Of a DNA stretch of 47,597 nucleotides, positions 33,179 to 43,426 are shown in pieces. This DNA comes from Desulfobulbaceae bacterium (GTDB lineage: Bacteria; Desulfobacterota; Desulfobulbia; Desulfobulbales; SURF-16). Location: positions 1 through 47,597 of the forward strand of contig JAQIBE010000250.1 in NCBI GenBank assembly GCA_027859235.1, in the 5' to 3' direction. How positions within the stretch are numbered: the first letter of the stretch is position 1; each line of letters opens with the position of its first letter. The notes below the pieces were generated by a model. It was not told the origin of the DNA. It did no database searches and saw only the letters and a program-made list of their open reading frames with translations. Both the position numbers and the translations under genes were made by a program.

Positions 33179-34765
33179 ATGACAAAAATAACAATATACG
33201 ACACAACCTTACGTGACGGTACCCAGGCTGAAAATTTCAATCTTACGGTTGAAGATAAGATCCGGGTTACCCTAAAACTAGATGAACTTGGTGTTGATTA
33301 TATTGAAGGCGGGTGGCCAGGTGCCAATGTCACCTCCACAAAATATTTTGAGGAAATCAAAAACTACGACCTGAAACATGCAAAGGTTGCAGCCTTTGGT
33401 TCCACCCGAAATTTCAAGAATAGGGCTGAGGACGATACCAACCTGAATGGTTTGCTTGCTGCAGGTGCCCCGGTCATTACCATCTTTGGTAAATCCTGGG
33501 GCATCCATATCCTGCAGGCCCTGCATATTAATCTTGCAGATAATCTTCTGATTATTGAAGACTCTCTACGCTATCTCAGACCCCATGTGGAAAAATTATT
33601 CTATGATGCGGAACATTTTTTCGACGGCTATAAGGATAATGCGGAATACGCCCTTAAAACTCTCGATTGCGCTGTGGCAGGTGGTGCTGATGCCCTTATC
33701 CTCTGTGATACAAACGGTGGAACACTTCCCCATGAACTGCCGGACATTATGCATGGTGTGAAAGATTATTTTGCCCGGAAGAATATTGACATCGAAATTG
33801 GTATCCATGCCCATAATGATTCTGAAACCGCTGTGGCGAATTCTCTCATGGGTGTTGCCCATGGGGCAACACAGATTCAGGGTACCATTAATGGCTATGG
33901 TGAACGGTGCGGTAATGGCAATCTCACCTCCATTATTCCAGCCCTCGCCCTTAAGATGGGTTGTCAGTTTAAGGTTTGTGAAAACTTAACGTCCCTGAGT
34001 GAAACCTCGCGCTATATCAATGAGCTTGCCAATCTTGCCCCTAATCGCTACCAGCCCTATGTCGGGGCCTCAGCCTTTGCCCATAAAGGCGGGATCCATG
34101 TCAGTGCGGTGCAGAAGAACCCTCTGACCTATGAGCATATCGAACCTGAAAAAGTTGGAAATGAGCGGCGTATTCTTATCTCCGATCAATCGGGTCGTTC
34201 AAATGTCCTGCACAAGGCAAAACAATATGGCATCGACCTCAAATCTAAAGATCCTGTGGTCACGACGATTTTAAAGGATTTGAAATCCTTGGAAAACCAG
34301 GGGTTTCAATTTGAAGGCGCCGATGCCTCCTTTGAACTCTTGATGCGTAAGGCTTTGGGGACTACAAAACGTTATTTTGATTTGAAAGGCTTTCGGGTTA
34401 TTAATCAAAAAACCGATTCTGATTCAGATCTGCAGGCGGAGGCGACCATTCGGCTTGAGGTTGGTGGCGAAATGGTGCACACCGCATCCCTCGGTGACGG
34501 TCCGGTCAATGCGTTAGACAAGGCCCTGCGCAAGGCCCTGATCCGCTTTTATCCAAACCTGACGGATGTCTGGCTGAACGATTACCGGGTTCGTGTCCTG
34601 GCATCAGAACATGGAACCGGGGCGCGGGTCCGGGTTCTCATTGAATCAAGTGACAACAAGAATCAATGGGGGACGGTGGGTGTTTCAACGGATATTCTTG
34701 AGGCCAGCTGGCAGGCCCTGGTGGACTCGGTGAACTACAAGTTAATGAAAGACGAAGAGGAGTAA
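33179..34765 (+). CDS. cimA: (R)-citramalate synthase (LeuA-family, 528 aa)
   Basis: IYDTTLRDGTQ, IHAHNDSETAVANS and a C-terminal LeuA dimerisation/regulatory domain. Length and N-terminus fit the long CimA type. It cannot be fully separated from 2-isopropylmalate synthase by eye. Confidence 0.8.
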   Translation: MTKITIYDTTLRDGTQAENFNLTVEDKIRVTLKLDELGVDYIEGGWPGANVTSTKYFEEIKNYDLKHAKVAAFGSTRNFKNRAEDDTNLNGLLAAGAPVITIFGKSWGIHILQALHINLADNLLIIEDSLRYLRPHVEKLFYDAEHFFDGYKDNAEYALKTLDCAVAGGADALILCDTNGGTLPHELPDIMHGVKDYFARKNIDIEIGIHAHNDSETAVANSLMGVAHGATQIQGTINGYGERCGNGNLTSIIPALALKMGCQFKVCENLTSLSETSRYINELANLAPNRYQPYVGASAFAHKGGIHVSAVQKNPLTYEHIEPEKVGNERRILISDQSGRSNVLHKAKQYGIDLKSKDPVVTTILKDLKSLENQGFQFEGADASFELLMRKALGTTKRYFDLKGFRVINQKTDSDSDLQAEATIRLEVGGEMVHTASLGDGPVNALDKALRKALIRFYPNLTDVWLNDYRVRVLASEHGTGARVRVLIESSDNKNQWGTVGVSTDILEASWQALVDSVNYKLMKDEEE

Positions 34766-34793
34766 GACCTCCCTTACCGCCAAAACAAAAAAA

Positions 34794-34827
34794 GCGTATC
34801 CAGCCACAGGCCGGATACGCTTTTTTT
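34794..34827 (+). terminator. rho-independent terminator after cimA
   Basis: GCGTATCC (34794-801) / GGATACGC (34813-820) with extra GC pairs in between. Preceded by A7 and followed by T7. Confidence 0.82.
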
Positions 34828-34853
34828 GTTGCAATTAAAAATATCGAGTTATA

Positions 34854-35216
34854 ATGACAGACCATCAGCAACGAGCCATTATCATCATCGTCATTCTCGG
34901 GTTTATCATTCTTGCGGCCCAAGAGAAGCCAATATCCTGGCACCACTCCCCAGTGCCAATTCAGACCGCTGAGCTCCGGCAGAACATCGCGGATCACCCA
35001 CTTCTTTATCTGCAAACCATTAATATAAACACGGCAACCGCCCAGGAGCTTACAGGTATTCCAAGGATCGGCCCTGTTTTAGCGCAGAAGATTACAGCTT
35101 ACCGTACTCAACATGGCCCGTTTCAGAAACTGGCAGACCTCGGACAGGTCTGGGGGATAGGGGCGAAAACCGTGGAACATCTGCGGCAATACTGCCATAT
35201 AGACGATACAGAGTGA
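34854..35216 (+). CDS. ComEA-like helix-hairpin-helix DNA-binding protein with N-terminal TM
   Basis: N-terminal TM AIIIIVILGFIILAA. C-terminal tandem HhH: NINTATAQELTGIPRIGPVLAQKITAYRTQHGPFQKLADLGQVWGIGAKT. Confidence 0.75.
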   Translation: MTDHQQRAIIIIVILGFIILAAQEKPISWHHSPVPIQTAELRQNIADHPLLYLQTININTATAQELTGIPRIGPVLAQKITAYRTQHGPFQKLADLGQVWGIGAKTVEHLRQYCHIDDTE

Positions 35217-35224
35217 AGAGATCT

Positions 35225-35875
35225 CTATTTAATTCCCAGGACAAAGGCTTTCATGTCAGCGCGAATCTGCTTGTACTGCTCACCGCTCAAGCCGGCACCG
35301 CGCGCCACAATCTCAGCCATATTCCGTGATAAAAAGTCTGAGGGGCTATGGGCATCGGCATTCACCGCCAGTTTTGCACCATACTGCAGGGCAAGTGTGG
35401 CAATATGTCCGTTGGTCAAGCTATGCCCTTTGCGCCCTGAAAGTTCAAGAAAAATCCCTTTACGGGCCGCAATCTTCACCTCTTCCGGGGTGATAAAGCC
35501 GGGGTGAGCGAGGACATCCACCTCGTCACAGGCAAGGGCTGCCATATTGGTGCCCGGGGCAACCGGTTCCATCACTGTCTCTCCATGTACCACGATAACC
35601 TCAGCACCAAGTTTCCGTGCTTCCACAGTCAACTCATTGATGAGAGGAGGAGGCACATGGGTCAGCTCAATTCCCACAAGCAGTCTGGTTTGGGAATGAC
35701 GGTTCAAATCCCGCGCAGCCCTGGCAATACGGGGAATGATGAAATCAAGATTTGAGGAATCCGCATGGTCGGTAATGGCGATGGCCTCATACCCGAGCAC
35801 CTCAACGCGGCGCAGATGCTCGGCAGGTACAAGTTCTCCGTCTGAAAATAAACTATGGGTGTGTAAATCGATCAT
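35225..35875 (-). CDS. PHP-domain metal-dependent phosphoesterase (histidinol-phosphatase-like)
   Basis: N-terminal MIDLHTHSLFSDG metal motif, plus ITDHAD, VVHGE and NADAHSP motifs spaced as in PHP domains. Confidence 0.75.
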   Translation of the reverse strand: MIDLHTHSLFSDGELVPAEHLRRVEVLGYEAIAITDHADSSNLDFIIPRIARAARDLNRHSQTRLLVGIELTHVPPPLINELTVEARKLGAEVIVVHGETVMEPVAPGTNMAALACDEVDVLAHPGFITPEEVKIAARKGIFLELSGRKGHSLTNGHIATLALQYGAKLAVNADAHSPSDFLSRNMAEIVARGAGLSGEQYKQIRADMKAFVLGIK

Positions 35876-35945
35876 AATTGCAACCTTCTGATTACCCTAT
35901 GGGGTTAAGTAATAAAAAAACACTCGACCTTCTTGAGCATGGATA

Positions 35946-37274
35946 TTACGATTCTATTAATTCAGCCCGGAGGGAATTCATCAAGCCTTCCGTGACGACG
36001 ACCCGCACCATATCACCGGGTTTGTACTGGACACCAGAGTGGAAATTAACAATGATATTATGGGTAGAGCGGCCGCTCCATTGACCATGCCCCATCTTTG
36101 ACTCACCTTCAATCATTAAATCAAACTCCCGGCCGATAAAACGTTGATGCTGCTCAACGGTAATCTCTCTTTGCCGCTTCTGAAAGAGGGCCAGCCGGCG
36201 TGATTTTTCCTCTTTGCTGATATCATCGGCAAAATCACAGGACAGGGCAGGGGGGCGATTGGAATAAATGAATGAAAAGGCGGAGTCGTAGCGGACCTGC
36301 TCCATAAGGGCCATGGTGCCCATGAAGTCGGCATCGGTTTCATTGGGGAAACCGACAATGACATCGGTGGTGATTGAGATATCAGGGGCCACAGTCCGGA
36401 GACCATCCACAAGAACAAGATAATCAGCCACAGTATATTTACGATTCATGCGCTCCAATATCTCATTGGAACCTGATTGCATGGGGAGATGGAAATGCAG
36501 GCAGAGGTTGTCAAGATCCCGGAAACAGTCCATCAGCTCAGGGGAGAGATCCTTGGCATTTGAGGTGGTGAAACGTAATCGCATCAATCCTTCAATGGCC
36601 GCAACCTCGCGCAATAACTGGGGGAAAGAGGTGCGGGAATCAGCAGGTTGATCAAGACCGTAGGAGTTCACATTCTGGCCGAGCAGGGTTATCTCCTTAA
36701 CTCCCAGACTGATTAAATGCTGCACCTCGGCAATAATATCCGCAGGGCTCCGGCTGACCTCACGCCCCCGGGTAAAGGGGACAATGCAATAGGTGCAGAA
36801 ATTATTGCACCCCTGCATGATTGTCACAAAGCGTTTATGGGGGGTGGAGTGGTGGATATCCGGTAAAAATGGCGGGATTGCAAATTTCTTGGATTGATCC
36901 GTCAAGATTAGGGACTCACCGGTTCCCTTCACCGTTTCAAGATGGTCGATGAGGCCATAAATGGCCTGGGGACCGAGGACCATATCCACGTGTCCCATGC
37001 GCGACACCATGGCCGCCCCTTCCTGCTGGGCCACACAACCCGTGACAATGAGGATGGTAGCGGGATTGGCGAGTTTATGTTTGCGCAGGGAGCCGATCAG
37101 GCTGTACGCCTTCTGCTCAGCCTTGCCACGAATGGAACAGGTGTTAATCACAATGACATCCGCATCCAGTATCCCAGCCCCCTGGCCATACCCCGCCTGT
37201 TCAAGGATTTGGGTCATGATCAGAGAATCGCGATCATTCATCTGACAGCCAAAGGTTTCAATATAGAATTTCAT
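35946..37274 (-). CDS. miaB: tRNA-i6A37 methylthiotransferase
   Basis: MKFYIETFGCQMNDRDS (UPF0004 domain), radical SAM motif MQGCNNFCTYCIVP and a C-terminal TRAM domain. Confidence 0.93.
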   Translation of the reverse strand: MKFYIETFGCQMNDRDSLIMTQILEQAGYGQGAGILDADVIVINTCSIRGKAEQKAYSLIGSLRKHKLANPATILIVTGCVAQQEGAAMVSRMGHVDMVLGPQAIYGLIDHLETVKGTGESLILTDQSKKFAIPPFLPDIHHSTPHKRFVTIMQGCNNFCTYCIVPFTRGREVSRSPADIIAEVQHLISLGVKEITLLGQNVNSYGLDQPADSRTSFPQLLREVAAIEGLMRLRFTTSNAKDLSPELMDCFRDLDNLCLHFHLPMQSGSNEILERMNRKYTVADYLVLVDGLRTVAPDISITTDVIVGFPNETDADFMGTMALMEQVRYDSAFSFIYSNRPPALSCDFADDISKEEKSRRLALFQKRQREITVEQHQRFIGREFDLMIEGESKMGHGQWSGRSTHNIIVNFHSGVQYKPGDMVRVVVTEGLMNSLRAELIES

Positions 37275-37284
37275 AAGGTGGATC

Positions 37285-37494
37285 TTATAATTGTGAGGAT
37301 TGACAGAGGGAATCGAGAAGGGCGATCACTTCTTGACTGTTGTTTGGATCAAAACGAATATAGATAATGCCTTCCTTGGGACGATCCACCGACAGAACAG
37401 CCAGCCCATCATACGCCTCAAGGATAAACTTGAGGAAATGAATACGGTTGGGACGAATGCGCAGATACAGGGACAGGAGATTTAGCTCTTTCAT
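37285..37494 (-). CDS. small conserved protein, DUF4911-like
   Basis: 69-aa ORF sitting tightly between purB and miaB. The sequence LYLRIRPNRIHFLKFILEAYDGLAVLS recalls DUF4911. This is from memory only. Confidence 0.5.
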   Translation of the reverse strand: MKELNLLSLYLRIRPNRIHFLKFILEAYDGLAVLSVDRPKEGIIYIRFDPNNSQEVIALLDSLCQSSQL

Positions 37495-37521
37495 GATAAC
37501 AACTCATATCTTTACCTGGAG

Positions 37522-37553
37522 CCACGGATGAACATGACTCTGCGCATCCGTGG
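37522..37553. repeat. palindromic hairpin sharing the CCACGGATG core with the 25093 hairpin
   Basis: CCACGGATG (37522-30) / CATCCGTGG (37545-53), 9 bp perfect with a 14-nt loop. On the transcribed (-) strand the T-run comes before the hairpin, not after, so it is not a canonical terminator. Confidence 0.6.
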
Positions 37554-37566
37554 TAAAAAAAGAACA

Positions 37567-39012
37567 CTACACATTCAGGGATGAATCCATGTCGGTGAGA
37601 AGGTTGCTATACCTGTCAAGCACAGGCTGCACCTCTTCCGCCAGATATTCAAGGGTTTGCTCGGGGGCACGGCCTGTAAACTCTGAACCGTCACCCACCA
37701 TGGCTTCCAGTTCATCTTGGGAGAAGGGGATACGCGCATCATTGCCCAACCGGACGAGGAGGTCATTAGGGGAACCGTTATTCTTCACCTCAAGACCTGC
37801 TGCAACGGAATGAACCTTAACTATCTCATGCATAACGTTACGGCTTTCACCTTTTTCCACACATTTCATGAGAATCTTCTCGGTGGACATGAAGGGCAGT
37901 TCCTGCTGGAGATGACGCTGAATCTGGGCAGGGTAGACCACCATGTCAGAGGTGATATTCATGAATAATTTAAGAATAGCATCGGTGAGCAAAAAGGCCT
38001 GGGGGATATCCATGCGCCGAATGGCTGAGTCATCAAGGGTACGTTCAAACCATTGGTTGGCGTAGGTTCCGCCAAAATCTGCAGGAAGGCCCATGAGTTT
38101 GCGGGAAAGTCCTGTCATCCGCTCGGAACGCATGGGGTTTCGCTTATAGGCCATGGCAGAGCTGCCAACCTGACCCTTGGCAAAGGGTTCCTCCTGGACC
38201 TTGAGATTGGACAGCAAACGCATATCAACGGCAAATTTATGGGCAGTGCTGCCCACACCGGCAAGGGTTTCAGCTGTTTTCATGTCAAGCTTACGGGTAT
38301 AAGTCTGACCGGTAACACCAAAAACATCGGTAAAACCGAGCTTTGCCGATACTAACTGATCTAGTTCACGAACTTTGTCATGGTCACCCTTGAACAACTC
38401 AAGAAAGGTGGCCTGGGTGCCGACCGTGCCTTTAGCGCCACGCGCCTTGACCTGGGTCTCCAACTCCTCAATATACTCCAGATCCATAATCAGATCTTGT
38501 AGATACAAGGTATTACGCTTACCAACCGTTGTCGGCTGGGCAGGCTGATAATGGGTATAGCCCAGGGTGGCTAATGCCTTGTGCTTTTTACAAAACACAG
38601 AGAGATTGGCAATAACATGAATCAAGCCCTTTTTAACCAGGGCCAGGGCCTCCCGCTGCATCATGAGGTCAGCATTACAACCGACAAACTGACTGGTGGC
38701 GCCGAGATGAATGATCGGTTCAGCAGTAGGGCATTTCAACCCATAGGCGTACACATGGGCCATAACATCATGACGGATCTCTTTTTCCTTGGCTGCAGCA
38801 ACATCAAAATCAATGTCATTTTTGTGGGCCTTAAGCTCATCCACCATCTCCTTGGTAACAATATCAGTTAGTCCAAGCTCATATTGAGATTCTGCCAGGG
38901 CAATCCAACACTCACGCCATTTTTGAAATTTATTCTCTTCGGAGAAGATCCATTGCATCTCAGGACTGGTATAGCGTGACACAAGGGGTTCTTGGTAGAC
39001 ATTACGTTTCAT
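37567..39012 (-). CDS. purB: adenylosuccinate lyase
   Basis: Fumarate-lyase signature GSSAMAYKRNP and full-length collinearity with the long-form PurB (481 aa). Confidence 0.93.
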   Translation of the reverse strand: MKRNVYQEPLVSRYTSPEMQWIFSEENKFQKWRECWIALAESQYELGLTDIVTKEMVDELKAHKNDIDFDVAAAKEKEIRHDVMAHVYAYGLKCPTAEPIIHLGATSQFVGCNADLMMQREALALVKKGLIHVIANLSVFCKKHKALATLGYTHYQPAQPTTVGKRNTLYLQDLIMDLEYIEELETQVKARGAKGTVGTQATFLELFKGDHDKVRELDQLVSAKLGFTDVFGVTGQTYTRKLDMKTAETLAGVGSTAHKFAVDMRLLSNLKVQEEPFAKGQVGSSAMAYKRNPMRSERMTGLSRKLMGLPADFGGTYANQWFERTLDDSAIRRMDIPQAFLLTDAILKLFMNITSDMVVYPAQIQRHLQQELPFMSTEKILMKCVEKGESRNVMHEIVKVHSVAAGLEVKNNGSPNDLLVRLGNDARIPFSQDELEAMVGDGSEFTGRAPEQTLEYLAEEVQPVLDRYSNLLTDMDSSLNV

Positions 39013-39360
39013 AGGTAACTCGCTGTATTTATGTATTTATAAAGAAATTCTTTCAAGAAGTAATATGCAATTCAAACGAATAGGATTCGTCCTCAATTCG
39101 GTGGGATTATATATACTCTATTTTAACACTCTTTTCATGACCTTAATTCATTGGTCACAGCGCATAACACTTTAACTATTCCTCAACACAGCACAAACAC
39201 AGCACATAAAAACGTTCAGACGAGGGCGCCCGCAGCAAGGGGATCAACTTTAACAATATGCACAATGTCGCATAATGTATATTATGTAAAACTATAGACA
39301 AGTATGGGTATACAGGAAGATAGCGAGCGTTGCAATGTGTCCATATTGTATCCTTGCAAA

Positions 39361-41106
39361 TCAGTCGGCCAGACACACCACCTGGATCTGAAAACTCCGT
39401 CTGCCCCTGAACACGTTATCTGCAAGTTGATAGACAATGGAAATATCCATCCCCCGGGTTACATCCATCGATTCACCTGGATCAACACCATTAAACCAGA
39501 TACCATCCACCGTGCGATTGGCTATCCCAAGTTTCAGCTTAAAATGACTGCCGTCGCCCACAGGCTTGATGTCAATCACCTGGAAACAGCCGGTGAACAT
39601 TGGTTTTGGAAAATCCTTTCCCCACGGGTCAAAACCGGCAAGATCATCGATGGTCTGTAAACAGAGGTTTTCTGCGGGAAGCTCACCATCGACAAAGATT
39701 TCAGGCACCAGTTTTTGAGAACCCAGTTGGCGTACCACCGCCTCTTCATAGGCCACCTGAAAACGGGCAAAACCCTCGAGCCAAACGGATGCTCCAGCCG
39801 CACCGGGATGCCCGCCAAACGAGCGCAAAATCCCAGGATAGGTATCATCTACATACTGCAGACCCTTGCGGACATTAAAACCAGGGATGCCCCTGAAGGA
39901 TCCCGTAGCCACCCTTCTGCCGTCAGCACCTTCTTTTTCAGTGAATAACGCTGTGGGTTTACCAAACCTCTCAACCACCCTTGATGCCGTAATACCATGC
40001 ACCCCGCTATGGCCATCCTCAATGAAAAGAACCAATGACTGACTGTGCATGGCCGAAGCCAAGGAAAAGGCCTTGCCACGCAGACTCTTTTCAATGGTCT
40101 TACGTTCTTCATTTTGCTTGGTGAGAATGTCCCATTGTTTCTGGGCCTCGGACGTTGACCCTGCCGTGAGAAATAAAAAACCCGCATCTGCCCAATCAAG
40201 CCTCCCTGCTGACGCCACTGCAGGCGCCAACTGAAAGCCAATTGTTGAAGAGTCAACCACCCCACTCTTTATATGGTCAAGAAATACCTGCCAACAGGGT
40301 CGAGACCTAACATTTATATACTCAAGTCCTTTTTTGACAAAGAGACGATTAATAAAACTACGGTCAGGACGCAGGGCAACACAATCGGCCACCGTGGCCA
40401 CCGCGACATAATCAATGAGGGGTAACACCGAAGGACATTCACTAAAATATCCCTGGGCCAGCAACGCTGTCCGCGTCTTGGCCATGACCAGAAAGGCCAC
40501 CCCGGCCCCGCAAATAAAAGGGTCATACCTGCTGGGATCAATGGTGGGGTTAATGCAGGCATAGGCAGAACCGGGAGGCCCTTCCGCAGGTATTTCATGG
40601 TGATCCGTCACCACCACATCTATCCCGGCCCCGGCAATGCGTTTTATCTGCGTCTCATCGCTGGAACCCTTATCCGCTGAAATGACCAATGTGGCACCCG
40701 ATGCTATAATACGATCGGCCACCGGCATTGTAATACCATAGCCCTCAGTCAGACGATGACTGGTCACCACCTGGAGGAGTTCAGGATCCACCTGAAAATG
40801 GTCGACAAAGGCGGTCCATAAAACAGCCGCCGCCCCTTGGCCGTCCATGTCATGATCCACAGCTAAAACAATTTTCTCTTCGTTAACGATGGCCTGAACA
40901 ATGCGGGCAACGCCTCTATGTAGATCAGGGATGGCATCAGGGTCCGGCAGATTTGCCATAGATGGCTTAAAAACGTCATCAATGTCAATAGGTGTTGCGA
41001 TTCTACCTGCCAGGAGACGGGCAAGCCACGGAGCCATGGACTGGTCAATGAGGTTATCGACGATGATTGGGTCTGGCTGACGATGCGTGATACGGGGAGA
41101 TGGCAT
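39361..41106 (-). CDS. recJ: single-stranded-DNA-specific exonuclease RecJ
   Basis: DHH-family motifs VDHDMDGQ, DKGSSD and VVTDHH, followed by the DHHA1 region (GGHPGAAG). Confidence 0.92.
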   Translation of the reverse strand: MPSPRITHRQPDPIIVDNLIDQSMAPWLARLLAGRIATPIDIDDVFKPSMANLPDPDAIPDLHRGVARIVQAIVNEEKIVLAVDHDMDGQGAAAVLWTAFVDHFQVDPELLQVVTSHRLTEGYGITMPVADRIIASGATLVISADKGSSDETQIKRIAGAGIDVVVTDHHEIPAEGPPGSAYACINPTIDPSRYDPFICGAGVAFLVMAKTRTALLAQGYFSECPSVLPLIDYVAVATVADCVALRPDRSFINRLFVKKGLEYINVRSRPCWQVFLDHIKSGVVDSSTIGFQLAPAVASAGRLDWADAGFLFLTAGSTSEAQKQWDILTKQNEERKTIEKSLRGKAFSLASAMHSQSLVLFIEDGHSGVHGITASRVVERFGKPTALFTEKEGADGRRVATGSFRGIPGFNVRKGLQYVDDTYPGILRSFGGHPGAAGASVWLEGFARFQVAYEEAVVRQLGSQKLVPEIFVDGELPAENLCLQTIDDLAGFDPWGKDFPKPMFTGCFQVIDIKPVGDGSHFKLKLGIANRTVDGIWFNGVDPGESMDVTRGMDISIVYQLADNVFRGRRSFQIQVVCLAD

Positions 41107-41179
41107 ATTTATTTCAAGGATTGTTGAGATCTGAGCAGACGCGAACGGCCTGCCTTAAACACTATAATAGGAATATAGT

Positions 41180-42121
41180 TCACTTTAAATGGGCAATGGC
41201 CGCCTTGACAAATCCTTCCACTCCAGAGCGGTCATCAGGGTGAAACCAGGTGATACCCTTATCACGAAACCAGGTCATCTGGCGCTTGGCATAGCGTCTG
41301 GTGTCACGCTTCAAAAGACGGACGGCCTCATCCCATGACCAGTGGCCCAGACAAAATTCCACCATATGTCTGTAGCCGATGGACTGCATGGAACCAAGTT
41401 CCGGACCATAGCCCCGGGCCAACAGACCCTTAACCTCACCAAGCAGCCCTTCGTCAAGCATCTGTTCAACGCGGCGATTAATCCGTTCATACAGCTCGTC
41501 ACGTTCACGGCGTAAACCAATGAGGATGGGATTAAAAGCAGAGTCCGGCGGCTGCTGGCTCTGTAAAAAGGCGGACCATGTGATCCCGGTTGCTGCATGA
41601 ATTTCAAGGCCGCGAATAAGGCGCTGGGTATCATTAATATGGACACGCAGAGCCGATTCAGGATCTATAGCGGCTAATTCTTCATGGAGAACCGCATTTC
41701 CCTCAACATCTATACGGTGTTGAATATTCTCACGAATGGCAGCGGGTATTTCAGGGATATCAATGAGTCCAAAGAGAAGGGCTTGCAGGTACAACCCCGT
41801 GCCGCCGACAAGCATGGGAATGTTGCCCCGGTCGGCTATGTCCTGTGCCACCCTCTGCGTATCAATGACAAAGGTATTGGTGTTGTAGTCACTGCGGGGA
41901 TCAACAAAATCAACAAGGTGATGGGGAACAATTGCCCGTTCTTCTGCTGAGGCCTTTGCCGTGCCAATATCCATGTACTTATAAATCTGCATGGAATCCA
42001 TGGATATGATCTCAGCAGAAAACTGCTGTCCAATCCCAAGGGAGAGAGCTGTTTTGCCAACCCCGGTGGGGCCAACCAGGACAATTAAAGGCTGCTTTTG
42101 GGGATTTTGAGATTTTAACAT
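41180..42121 (-). CDS. miaA: tRNA dimethylallyltransferase
   Basis: P-loop LVGPTGVGKTALS, SMDSMQIYKYMDIGTAK and VGGTGLYLQAL. ATG 42121 (MLKSQNP...) is preferred over GTG 42202. Confidence 0.9.
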   Translation of the reverse strand: MLKSQNPQKQPLIVLVGPTGVGKTALSLGIGQQFSAEIISMDSMQIYKYMDIGTAKASAEERAIVPHHLVDFVDPRSDYNTNTFVIDTQRVAQDIADRGNIPMLVGGTGLYLQALLFGLIDIPEIPAAIRENIQHRIDVEGNAVLHEELAAIDPESALRVHINDTQRLIRGLEIHAATGITWSAFLQSQQPPDSAFNPILIGLRRERDELYERINRRVEQMLDEGLLGEVKGLLARGYGPELGSMQSIGYRHMVEFCLGHWSWDEAVRLLKRDTRRYAKRQMTWFRDKGITWFHPDDRSGVEGFVKAAIAHLK

Positions 42122-42263
42122 AGGATTCGGCGACGCAGCACCAACAACAAAGAAATTTAAGTGACAGTCGTTTCTATTTACACTATATTTCCAACTTTTC
42201 ACACAGACAGATTTTACACCCGTCTTTTTTAAAATTTAAGTCTCTTCATTATAAGGAACCGTC

Positions 42264-43346
42264 ATGCCCGAAAGAATTTACAATTTCAGCCCCGGCCCAG
42301 GAACATTACCCCAGGAAGTTTTAACACAAGCTGCCAAAGACATTGTTAATTTCAACGACAAGGGTATTGGTCTCATTGAACTCTCCCATCGCTCGAAAGA
42401 GTTTATGGCGGTGTACGCCGAGGCTGAAGCAGGTGTTCGTGAACTTTTAGAGGTGCCTGATAATTTCAAAATCCTCTTCCTGCAGGGCGGCGCCTCCACC
42501 CAATTTGCCATGGTTCCCATGAACCTGCTCGGAAAAAACCAGAAGGGAACCTATCTCAACACCGGCACCTGGGCGAAAAAGGCGATCAAGGAGGCCAATA
42601 TCATTGCCTCTGCTGAGGTTGCCTATTCAGCGGAAGATTCCATGTTCAACCATGTGCCCCGTGATAGCGATTACACGGTGGCTGCGGACAGTGAATATCT
42701 CTACTTTGTTTCCAATAACACCATTTACGGCACCCAGTTTAAGGAATTACCCAAATCAGACAAGATGCTGATCAGCGACATGTCATCCGACATCATGTCC
42801 CGTGCCATTGATTTTTCTAAATTTGGCTTAATTTTTGCCGGGGCCCAAAAGAATATGGGTCCGGCAGGGGTTACCCTTGTTATTGTCCGTGAAGACCTGC
42901 TCGATCGGGTTGCTGATACCGTGCCCACCATGCTGCGCTACAAGACCCATGCGGCCAAAGATTCCATGTTCAACACCCCGCCCTGCTTTGCCATGTACTG
43001 TGTCGGACTGGTGTGCAAATGGCTGAAGGCCAATGGCGGTGTTGCCGGCATGGCCAAGAAAAATGCTGAAAAGGCCGCGATCCTCTATGACATGATTGAT
43101 TCCACGCCATTTTATAAGGGGCATGCCCAGAAAGACTCACGCTCTTTAATGAACGTCACCTTTAATCTGCCGACCCCTGAACTTGAGGTTGAATTTATTA
43201 AACAAGGCACGGAAAGAGGTCTTGATGGTCTAAAGGGTCATCGTTCCATTGGCGGTTGTCGCGCTTCAATATACAACGCCTTCCCGCAACAGGGTGTCCT
43301 TGACCTTGTGGCCTTTATGCAGGAATTTGCAAAAGCCAACAGCTGA
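42264..43346 (+). CDS. serC: phosphoserine aminotransferase
   Basis: YNFSPGPGTLP N-terminus and PLP-lysine region FAGAQKNMGPAGVTLVIVR. 360 aa. Confidence 0.94.
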   Translation: MPERIYNFSPGPGTLPQEVLTQAAKDIVNFNDKGIGLIELSHRSKEFMAVYAEAEAGVRELLEVPDNFKILFLQGGASTQFAMVPMNLLGKNQKGTYLNTGTWAKKAIKEANIIASAEVAYSAEDSMFNHVPRDSDYTVAADSEYLYFVSNNTIYGTQFKELPKSDKMLISDMSSDIMSRAIDFSKFGLIFAGAQKNMGPAGVTLVIVREDLLDRVADTVPTMLRYKTHAAKDSMFNTPPCFAMYCVGLVCKWLKANGGVAGMAKKNAEKAAILYDMIDSTPFYKGHAQKDSRSLMNVTFNLPTPELEVEFIKQGTERGLDGLKGHRSIGGCRASIYNAFPQQGVLDLVAFMQEFAKANS

Positions 43347-43371
43347 TTTCCCATAGTTTTAAGACAGTATT

Positions 43372-43405
43372 ACGCCCTTCCCTTTCCCAGGGCAGGGCGT
43401 TTTTA
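43372..43405 (+). terminator. rho-independent terminator after serC
   Basis: ACGCCCT (43372-78) / AGGGCGT (43394-400) with inner CCCT/AGGG pairing, then T5. Confidence 0.8.
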
Positions 43406-43426
43406 TTGAACCACAGAGAAATTGCC

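Noticed and set aside
37522-37553. Hairpin downstream of purB as its rho-independent terminator
   Set aside because: On the transcribed (-) strand the T-run comes before the stem rather than after it, so it does not fit the canonical terminator layout. It is kept only as a palindromic repeat.
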